Source of the DNA: Bugula neritina
Taxonomy: Eukaryota; Animalia; Bryozoa
Assembly: GCA_964035545.1 (NCBI GenBank)
Contig: OZ037765.1
Span: 23,931,504-23,995,503, forward strand
Length of the DNA stretch: 64,000 nucleotides
Reading direction: 5' to 3'
Shown here: positions 27,501-39,500 of the stretch, piece by piece
How the letters are laid out: every line of letters begins with the position of its first letter
Position numbering within the stretch: position 1 is the stretch's first letter
The notes under the pieces: generated by a model
Told to the model about the DNA's origin: nothing
Database searches by the model: none
Seen by the model: the letters and a program-made list of their open reading frames with translations, nothing else
Made by a program: the position numbers and the translations under genes

Positions 27501-30500
27501 GCAAGTGCCTGTTGGCAGAGATAGGCCTTCAGTTTCACAGTACATGCCAGCATCACATGCTGTGGGCTGAGCCGAACCCTGAAATAGCAACACAAAGTCC
27601 TGTTAACAGAGCATTCTATAAACCAAATAATTTGACAAGGAAGCTGATCTTTAAACAAAATCCTAAATCGTTTATTTGTATCTGTATTTGTTGTTGCCAC
27701 AAAAGCATTGAGAAAAGCTACAAAAATAGTAGGAATGTGTTTACACCAGAAACAAATGTCTACTACTGCTGTATTTAAAATAGTGCTTGCAGACTTGCCA
27801 TAATGCAATCTAAAAGGGTATCAGCTTTTTTTTATGATTCAACGAGTTGTAGAATTGTATAGTTTCTGTATAATGAGAAGGAAGTAGTAATAACTTTCTG
27901 TTCTAGCTTACAGTGATGTTGCTAAATAACATGAGAGAAAAATAAGCTTGCAGAGCCATACACCTATTTTGGAGTTGAAAACTAATTTGTTTATCAAAAT
28001 TGAGTAGCTTTTGTGATATTTACTATTTAACCACTTGATTGTGAGACTGGATTAAATTGGAGACTGTAAGCAATTAATAACACATAACTGAAGTATAAAT
28101 GAGCTGTTGAAAATCAGTCTAAGTTAGTTAGTAGAAACAAGAAGTGAGTAGCAGCAGAAGATTCACCTGGGGGCAGTATGAGCCAATAGGACAAATATCC
28201 CCTGTGAAGTTCTGTGAGTAAATGGGACATAGAGCATTGTCATCAGTAGCGTTCCCGTAATAAACTGGCTTACTAGAGTAGGAACCTCTGCTACAGTAAT
28301 AGCCAGCCTCACACTCACCATCCGGCACTTCAGTAGCGGCTGAGCCACAAAACTGTCCAGCTACCGAGAGGAAACATCAACATAAGCTACATGCAAGAAA
28401 GCAATAAAGCAAGTTTACATAAAAATAAGTTAAAGTTGCAAAAAAAATTAATAAATTGTGAGAAGTTCTTACGTGGACAAGGCAAGCATGAGAACATGTC
28501 TTGAGATGTAGTCTGGTTGTTGTAGGTTCCGGCAGGACAACTATGTTCATAGGCTGTAGTTGTGTTCTCTAAACAGTAAGCACCCTTGGGACAGGGTGTA
28601 TCTATGTACGTAGTTGAGTTAGCTAAACAGTAGTATCCTGCTGGACATGGTTTACACAGGCTAAGATGTGTTACGTCAGAGAAGGAGCCTGCCTCACATC
28701 CTATTGGGTTAGCACTACCTTGAGGGCAGTAGCTGCCAATTGGACAGTATGCTACAATATAATGGAATAGTAGGAATCTGGACATACTGTGAATATGAAT
28801 ATAACATGTAGGCCAAGGGCTGCTCAGCGTTAACAGGCGTAGTTAAGAGTATGTCTTGATATATATTCAAATTTGTGCTTGATATGCATAAAACAACAAA
28901 ATGAAAAATTAGGTAGCTCGCTGTATAAACTTTAAAAGAAACTAAATATATATAAATATAATTTTATCACAAAATGTAATCTCCTTCATAGTGTGCTTGA
29001 TTCTTATTTCTATATTTGCTTTGTTATATAATAGATGTATGCCTTCTGTCTCATTAAAACAAAAAAAGACTTGAAAACATCAATTTGAATTTTAGAAGCG
29101 TCTATAACTAAATTGTTTGCTTCAAAACTATTTGCAATTAACTTTACATACAAAGACAATGACATAAAATTAAACAAAATAAAAATAAATTTTTGATGCA
29201 AACATACAGCCATCTCCGGTGTTGTTATCACTAGGAGCCGGAGTGTTGACACCTTCCCTACAGTAGTAGCCTGCATAACACTCGGGTCCGACCGAATCCA
29301 TACCCGGCTGGTCACAGTAATGCCCGCCATCGCATTGAGTGCATTCTGAGGAATCAGATAGTCCCAGGCCAGGTCCATATGTACCCTGGTGAAACAAACA
29401 CACATCATATAACACCCGTTGGTGATACAAATTAATATGAGCTTGCTTGTAGGCAAAAAAAATAAAAATGCGCTCGCTAACTATGAGTAGGACACTCACT
29501 TGTGGACAGAGTGTGCTATTATATCCGGTACTGCGAGAGCAAACCTTCCCAGGTAGGCAATCTAGTGGCCATACAGAACTGTCCACACAATAGAACCCAG
29601 GAGGACATGCTTCACAGAGGGCAGCTTGTGTGGTGTTTATGTACATACCTAGAGCACACAGGGTACACACTGTAACTTTTAACAACTCATTTATAATGTA
29701 TTTCAATATTTCATTTATGTGATAATGCAGTACGATAATTTGGGTGTTGTTAGTATAGCATATACTAAGTGAGGCATACAACACATGCATTGTTGTAAGA
29801 TGAAATATTTACCATCAGGGCAGGGTATAGGTGCCGGACTTTGTACTGGACAGTAGCTACCGGATGGACATTCATTTCCTGTGACATCATCAAGAGGCGA
29901 GTCAGCAGTAGCATTAACTGTGCAGTAGAACCCAGCACTACAGTCTCCCGTCCAGTTAGTAAGACCCTGAGTAGCACAGTATCTACCTCCTGGACAATCT
30001 AGGCAGTCACTTACACTCTCTTTGCCTATTAAATATCACATCTTACCTTTAGGTTTCATATATAATACACAAATTTAGTATGTTCATCTATAAATCTATT
30101 TAAAGAGAATTTTTAATTTTACTACAATAGAACCATATCAGGAAATGGCGGAGAAAAGTGAGAAGAAGAACCGTACCATACGTGATAATTGAAAGTCTAA
30201 CCTGTATCTGGATTATAACTCCCTGCATGGCAAGGTATTGGAGTAGCTGTTTTCTGTGGACAGTAATTGCCAGCGGGACACAAATCCCCGTATGATTTAC
30301 CAACAGGGTTTCCCTCTATGGCTCCGAGGGCACAGTAATGTCCTTGCCAACACTCACCAGATGGAGCTGTCAGACCTACACATAAAACGATGAATCATGA
30401 AGTAAAAAACACTAATTTTAAAAATATATTTTATAACTTATTAATATGGAAAGAATTTCATATAATTCATAATTTAAACTTCATATCATATTTGCCATAA

Positions 30501-33500
30501 AAGTAGATATAACAGTAGTGGAGAAATCGATACAGCCTAATAAATATTGGTTTAAGGCACGGTAGAAATTATCTTGAAAACATAACTTCTTTTGTTACAT
30601 TTCTAATCTATAACACAAGCTGTTCTCAATGTTTCCATCACTGCACCTACACAATGATAGAGCAAGTCTAAAATCCTGTTTTTAAAACTTTACAAATGAA
30701 CTATTCAATTGAAACAAGTTTATCAATACAAACAACCAATACATTTGGAAAGGGTCAAATTGAGTTATTGAAATTTTTTTACGAGTTTAAGATATTTTAA
30801 CTTGTAAAATAAAACTCGTAATAAATGAGTTACCTGTGTTCTCACAATAGTAGCCTCCACTACATGGTGTACACTCTGTAATGTTCTCTAATCCAGATTG
30901 GTTACTAAATGTTCCAAGAGGACACTTGACTCCTTGACTAGACCCGACAGGGCAATAATAACCGGGCAAACACTCGTATCCAGTGGTATTATCAGTAGGG
31001 GTGGGTTCACTTGCCCCCAACACACAGACATAGCCAGCACTGCACAGGTCAAATGGCTCGGTCAAACCTACAGCATATAAAACATTTACAATTCCTTATA
31101 GCTTTAAACAAGTTATTCATTTGTAGGGCTACAAAATAACAACACTTGCACGTGAAAATCTTAAAAACAATTGATTACACATGGACATCATAAAATACTT
31201 CATAAATTGCCAAGATATTACAACACTGTATTGTTTTCTAAGAAGCTTTACAATGGCAGGGTGTAAACCAAAATTGACAGAATTGCACATGCTCGCAACT
31301 ATATTATAAGAAGCATCAAGGCATAACCACGCCTTGAGAATATTACTACATCAGCTCAAGTTATCGCATGACTTCAAAAAGAATATAAAATGACCTTGAG
31401 TGGGACAATAGTAGCCGCCATCACATGAGTTACATTCCATGCTTGTCTCTAATGCTGTCTCGTTGCCATAGAAACCAACAGGACATGGATATTCATGTTT
31501 GGTTTCAGTATTCAGTAAACAGTAATATCCCTGTGGGCAAACACTGGGATAGACAACTCCTGTAGTATATCCAGCATCTGTAGATGCCTCTACTGGGTCA
31601 CAGTACCTTTAACAACAAACATGACAGACGATTAGTATTACTAAATGACAACACTATGTTTTGAATATTTTGCTTAGATGGAAACATGGAACACACCAAG
31701 AGCTTTAAAATAATATTTAATATTATTCAAAGTATTAGCTGTGACTCTGAGTAAAGCTAACTACTTCAGTTAAAACTTTAATAATTTATATGTTTTTAGT
31801 GTAAAAATTATATACTTGGTGAATGGAAAGATTACAGCAATTGGAAACTTAAAATAGACATGAATTTTAAAAAATTCAACAAACTCTGGCTATAGTTTAT
31901 ATAAAAGTTCCTTTGTATATTTTGATAAATTTAAACTCTTTTATATTTAAATAGTCATTGGTATTCTCCTTATGATATTAAAGGAGAGTGCAGTGCTAGA
32001 TATTACTGTATAACAAGAGCTACTACACCAGCTCCAAGTTCTACTGATGAGAGAGGGGGGCCGTGCCCTCAAGGATACTTCTGCCCCCAGGGCAGTGCTA
32101 ATTACTCTTCTTGTCCTAAGGGGACATTTGGGGACAGAACTAGCTAACTCAATCAAAACATGTTATTATTAATGTTGGTAAAGACTAAACTGAAGATAAC
32201 TCTCACCTGCCAGTGGGACAATCTTTACAGCTAGAAGTTAGTATCTCATCTTGATATGTGCCAGGAGAACAAGGATATGGTTGTGGACTGCCTATTGGAC
32301 AGTAGTGACCAATAGTACAGTTGTATTCAGCAGGGGTAGGCTCTGATTGGCCAGCTGGACAGTAGTATCCAGCATCACATGGCGCTACATAAGTACAATT
32401 TTTTTTGTGTAAATGTTTATAAATGAGAATTTTAACAACATACTGTAAATTTATTTCAAATGTTACAAATGACAGCTTTTTGTTGGAGTTACAAAATGGA
32501 TACCAATAATTCCATTTTGGTAGACTCAATGCACATATGCAGTCGATAAAAGGTTTTTGCTAATATTATATGTCAAGTATATATTGTAAAATAACATGCT
32601 ACATGAAAGTTGATACCTAAAAATCATTTAACCTTTCTCACAACATGCATTCATCTAATTTATTCCAAAACTGACACCATTTACATTGCACATACAAAGT
32701 GACTATCACTGTATACTCTGTGCATACAAAGTGACCATCACTATATACTCTGTACATACAAAGTGACTATCACTATATACACTGTACATACAAAATGACT
32801 GATATTCTACACAGAACAGCCTACCTGTAACGTTAGTGTTGTTGGTACCAGAGCAGTAGAAACCTGCAGTACACAGCTCACAGTAAGTAGCATTAGGATT
32901 TCCCAGTTCATTACTCATGGTGCCGCTGGGACAAGGGGTCGGCTGAGATGAGCCTACAGGGCAATAGTGACCAACTGGACAGACGATCTCTATAGGGGAG
33001 ACAGCACTTCCGGGACAGTAGTACCCTTCGTGACAATCACCTTGCGGTAGTGCCATTCCATATTCCTGAAGGAAGAAATTAACATTGATTTGATAAACTG
33101 ACAGTACTGTTTTCTGAAAACACTAAAAATCAAGTGGTGCCTACTTCAATTTTTGATTCAGTTAAATCAGCAATGAGCAATATATATACGTAACTCAACC
33201 TGTGTACAGCGGCTGATTCAGGATTTTGTCCCCCTTATCAGCACAAAACAGGGTGTTATGACATTCATCCCGCACGCACACACACACACAAAACAAAACA
33301 AAATAGTTATCAATGATCAAAAAGATATATGAAAAAGTGAATGTTAGAACTCACATCACAATACATGCCCTCGGTACAGTCAACTGGGTAAGGAGAGCCT
33401 TCAGGACAGAATGTTCCGGGCCAGCATTTCCCGCCAGTATAATTTGCAGCAGGACATACGCAGTCGGCAAGGTCTGTCACATTGACAGGTGGCGTAGGTT

Positions 33501-36500
33501 CCCTTTCTGATGACATTCCTGTACAGTACCAGCCCTGAGAGCAGTTACCTGTGGGCAGCTCACTTCCTTCAGCTTTAATGGGAATAATTCAAAATATTAG
33601 GAGATGAAAGTAAATCTAGACAAACATGTATGTACAGGCAAACTAGAGTTATATTGGCAGTTGAACTGCCTCAAAACACAGACTGTACATTTATGAGCTG
33701 TAATGACACTAATTTTTTAATTATTTTTTATATTTCTACTTAAATTGTTTGCAGGGTATACAGATTTCTCTTAAGCTGTGAGATACTTCAAAAATAATAA
33801 TTTGAAAACAATTTTTTTAAAAACTTTTTAACACAAAAACAAACTGACTTTCACAATATTGTCCAGGAGGGCAGTCGAGGCAGTCAGCTATGGACTGTGA
33901 ATGAGATACTGGGTTGTATGTTCCCCGTGGACACGGATATTCGTAGGCTGATGTAGTGCCTGCAGGGCAATAGTGACCAACTGGACACACTTGATAGTCG
34001 TAGTGCGTGGAGTTCTCTGTGCAGTAATAACCAGGTTGACATTGAGAACACGACTCCTGTCTCCACAGCATGCTGCAAGTTACAACACAATAATATATTA
34101 CACAATAATATATTGCACAATAATATATTACACAATAACATATTAGATAATAATATATGTGTTGGATTTCTCCAATGCATGAGAGATAATAATCTTTATA
34201 TTTTTATACAAACTGAATGTTGCCAAAAAACTTTACACATAGCAATTGTTTATATTGTTGAGACTACAATTATATATAAAAAGCTTGTCACAAAGTTTTC
34301 CTTTGATCGCTTCAACAAGACTAGTTTATTCAACAGATTCAAGAAATGTAACTAGACACACCTGAATTCTCCAGGTGGACAGGAAATTGGCCTGGCAGAG
34401 CCTTCTGGGCAATGGTACCCAGGCATGCACTCTCCTCCCACTCCAGTGTTGTTACTACTGGGTGCTATAGTGTTTACACCTATATGGTAATATACCACTT
34501 GTTAGGATAAGGCAGTATAGAATACATGTGTGAATCATAAGTATATGGTATAATGCAGGGCTTACTTCCCTAACACACAGCCCTTCATTAAAATATAATT
34601 TAATCTGAAATTCATTTGTTTTAGCTTTTTACAACTCTAAAAATTTAGCTCTACAAGTAAAAATATGATTCCATTAAGGTAAGTAAAAAAAGCTTATGAA
34701 TCTCTCACCGTAACCATTACTTTTTTCCATTGGTTTTAAACAAACAACATTTAGGACTATTTTTAATTATTTCAAACATTTGTGCTCGCTAAACTATTAC
34801 ATTGAAATATACAGCATATTGTTTACAATGCATTATTTAATGTTTTTGAACCTCTTCAAAACATAGAAACTTTATTTACTTGTATCATCCTGTAAATTTA
34901 GCATGAGTATGGATTTAAAAGTAATCTAGCGCTTTAGACAGCACACCTGTATATAATACATGTATACGTATAATAGAGAAAGTTTACCCATAGTGCAGAA
35001 GTAGCCAGCAGCACATAGTCCTGTGTAATTTGATTGGCCAGGCAGTTCACAATAGGTGCCGGGATCACATGGTGTGCACTGATCTTCTGATGCCAGCTGC
35101 TCTATAGGATTGTATGTCCCGGCAGGACACATCTGCAGGTTCTCCCCAGTACCATACGGACAGTAAAACCCTACAAGAATATGCATCAAAAATGCTTAAC
35201 AGAAATGATAGTATTGCCATATCTAGACCTTATATCTATATGTACTAATTTCTACTTTGATATCTAAACACTGTCTACACAATGTAGATGTAATCTTTAT
35301 CAAAGAACATAGCAATTATAGCTTTAAAATGTAGTAAAATATAACTATTGCTCAACAAAATACCTAGTAACAAAAAAAGTTGATCCGTGCAAAGAAGCCT
35401 GTTAATAACATAAGAGGAAATTAGCTACAAACCAGGAAGACATGGATCAGCAACAGATCTTCTGATACAGTAGTAGCCTTCAGGACAAATGTCACACGTG
35501 CTGGCACCAGTATAGTTGGTGTACGTGCCATTAGGGCAGTAAATGTGATCAGCAGAGCCGATTGGACAGTATGATCCGGCAGGACATTTGTCACCAGTGG
35601 ACGAGTTTTGTGGAGTCGGCGATGTTGCTGAGCCCAAGCAGTAATACCCTGTAACACAAGTGTTATGTTAGGTAGAAGTTCAACTATCAGTATCTCTACA
35701 CAAAGTAGTAGTATCAAAAGCCTAATAACTATGAGTAACATTGAATCAAATGGCATATTTAGAAAATATTTAATAATAATTGCACCATTAGGGTAAAACT
35801 TGATAACTTAAATTTTAATTTTATAGGGATATTTCATTTCTTAGAAAATGCCAAAACAAGTTACTCAATGTGTGATTTTAATTCAAATATGAATAATTTT
35901 GCAAGAACAGTAAGTTACACGGATGTGTTAGATAACATTTACCTGCATCACATAATATTTACCTGCGTCACAGTCAGCCGTGTAGTTGTCCTGGCCACTG
36001 AGGTCACAGTATTTACCGGGAGGACAGGAAAGACACTCGGATATATTCACAGAACCTGTGCTAGGGTTGTAAGTGCCAGGGTCACATGGGGTGGGGGCAA
36101 AACTGTGGGTGGGACAGTAGTGACCAGTAGGACAAATATCCCCATATGACTGCCCTACAGGATTCGCTTCTTCAGATCTAGGAATAAAGATTAGAGAAGT
36201 TTACCAACCAACTACAACAGCATTAGTCTTAGTTTAGCATATTGTGATGAATACATTTCGCTAAAATGCAGATCAGTAAATTAAACTCAAAGAGGTATGA
36301 AAAATTGGAATAGCTTGTAAGTGAATTGTACTAGCCAAAGTTTATAGAAAACAAATACCATATTATATACAAAATAATATTTTATAGCAATTAATTATAA
36401 AAAGATAAAAACATTTCAATTCTGTATATTTCCCAAGGTTACACATTATACTCATATGTTATACAAGAACAGAACAAATTAGGCTGCACAAAGAGATGCA

Positions 36501-39500
36501 GCATGTGAACTGAATAAAGAGATGCAACGTGTATGCATGTATGAAGTGGGAGCCACACATTTACCTGTTGCTGCAGAAGTACCCAGCGACACAAGAGCCA
36601 TTGGGAGCTGACATTCCTGAGAGGGAACAGAACTCTCCTGGAGGACACCACGTGCAGTCTAACTCGGAGGGTAGACGGTCTCTGTCCCCAAATGTCCCCT
36701 TGGGACAAGGAGAGTAGTTAGCACTGCCCTGAGGACAGAAGTATCCTTGAGGGCACGGCCCCCCTCTCTCATCAGTAGAACTTGGAGCTGGGGTAGTAGC
36801 TCTTGTTATACAGTAATACCCAGCACTGCACTCTCCTTTAATATTATAAAAATAATATAAATTAATATTTAAATAGATAAGTTTATAATTGATCAAAAGA
36901 TACATATAGACTTGTAGAGGTTTTACTTCCAACAAGTTAATAGTTAGAGTTTAGAAGTATGAAAATACACAAAACCATAATTTTATCTAGAAAATGTTCT
37001 TAAAAGAAATGTAAAAAATGTATTTGCTAATTTTCTCCGCTTTGATACTAGCCAAAGGCAGCTGATAAAAATTGATGTGAAAAAGCCACCATAGATCTAG
37101 CTAGACGTAGATTACCTGTAGGAGCTGTAATATTTTCTGCGGAGCAGTAGTGACCAGCTGTGCAGGGCAAACACTGTTCAAATGACTCTAGTCCGGTAGA
37201 GTTGCTGTAAGTACCATCATCACATGGGAACTGACTAGCCGTCTCAGTGCCATTGGGACAGTAGAATCCGATGGGACAGACCTTAGGAGTTACGACACCA
37301 TGAGATGAAGAATTCTCACCACTTTGTTCTTCAACGATTGCTTCTACTCTATCGCAGTAGTACCCTGAAAAATATTGCTTCACACTTGAACATGCTGTTG
37401 TGAACACTACAATCTATATTTTTATTGTTTTCAAAAGGCAGCATTCTGGTTAAACTGTTAGAAACATTAGGGACTAAGTCTAAATTTTGTATAATTTGTC
37501 AGCTTTCCACATCACGCTAACTTTTTACATTTAGAATACTTATTTCTACATAACACACATGAAAAAATTGAGGCAACTCGAAAGAATAATGATAAACATT
37601 AAAGTTTTTTTTATGTCCAAATAAACATTATTTATAGCTCACTAATGGTGTCAGGGTGATACAGCCGGTCGAATGAATTATATGCTTAACAGAGCAATTG
37701 TAAAAATCTCAGCTACACAAATTCTAGCAAAAAGTCAAACATGTATGAGAAGATTTAGACATGACTTGTCCAGTAATCAGCAATTAATAAAAAGAGTTAA
37801 GAATAGGGTGGAACACAAAGAGAAACAGAAGAATTAGAGCCTCATTGCATATGATGTGAATAACATAGTAAGCAAAATACCCAAAGAGGCATTTTCTGCA
37901 GAAGTGTTGACCATAAAAGCTAGCCTGGAAACTATTGACACGTTGCATGGTTGCCATTATGCTGAAAATACTGGAATGTATATAAATTAAAGTTGAACAG
38001 AAAAGCTGCAGCAAGAAATCATCTTTTGAAAATAATTTCATTCTCAACAAAGTGCAAATTTTTTTTATAAATTTTACAAAATGATTTTAGTCAATATGGA
38101 TTGGGAGTTCATTAAAACGAAATGAATCCTGTAGATGGAATAACTACTTGATGTGCATAATGTGAATCGTAGAAATGTATCTAAAATGTTAATCTAAAAA
38201 ACCATTTTGCATGAAAATATGTCAAGGCTCCTCATTCACTTTTCATATGACTTGACCACAATTAAATGTGACACATGTCAACTTAGAATATACTAATATA
38301 CACACAGGCATGCCAACTTGCTCAACTATCCATTTTGATGTATAAAAATACAGCCAGTATATATTTTGTAAAAAGCAAAATATGATACAAGCTGGATTAT
38401 TACGTTACTGATTTAGTGATCTTTAGTCAAACTACACAGCATACTTAATAGCAGGTACAAACACTGCTCAGTATGTATGCTTTATGACATGCACATAGGA
38501 TCAACTAGAATACCTGCTGGGCAGACAATGCACTCTCCTTGCTCTTCAAGTGGCTGATAGAAACCAGAAGCACAAGGTTCTTGCTGATAACTACCCTGGG
38601 GGCACCTGTGACCTGCCAGACACTTGTTGCCAGGTGTCTGAGCAAGTGTGTTGTTGCCAGGACAATACCATCCTTCATCACACATAGCATACGGCTCAAC
38701 ATTAGCAGGACCTGGTAACAAGAGAAAAATGAGTTGACACTTGTTGATACCTGTTGACACATGTTAACCAGATACATACAAGTATATGTGTTTGAACTAC
38801 AGTCAACCCTAAAAAACATAAAGTTTTGATATAGCTCTCAAGTTACATAAAAAGCTTCAAGCAAAGTTAAATTATTTTACAGAAAATAAATCAAAATTGT
38901 AATGATTACCACACACTAAATGTGCTGTAAAACAGTTTATAATAGAAGTAAATCATAACATGTACCTGGGCAATACCATCCCGGAATACAGGGCAGACAG
39001 TCTGCGTCGCTTTCACTTCCCGTTCTATTATTATATTCACCAGGTTGACATTCTATAGGGTCGGGTGTAGCCTCAGGACAATAGTGTCCAGCAGGACAAA
39101 TATCTAAACACAGATCACAGGTTATATATTATATACAGAAATTTAACAAACTATGCATCGTGTATCAATATTATAGCAGATATTTATTTACCTCCATATG
39201 TTTGACTGACAGGAGCAGCCAGTACTGCGGATATGGTGCAGTAGTGACCAGCTGAGCAAGGTCCACTCACTGCGTCCAGTCCGTCACTGTCACAGTGATA
39301 ACCAGGGTCACACTGTATGGGGGCATCTGCCCCTTGAGGGCAGTATGTACCTTGCATACACTTTCCTCCAGTTCTATGAGCAAGACATGCACAGTCTGTG
39401 ACTGCAAACAGTAGAAAGTATAGGCATGAAATGTGGCATTTCATACCTGCATGCATACATGTATGTTCAGCACACACACGGACACATACACGCAAACACA

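Noticed and set aside
31947-32156. Minus-strand 69-aa ORF as an additional exon or gene
   Set aside because: It is the antisense reading of the inverted exon copy and has no repeat-like protein sequence.
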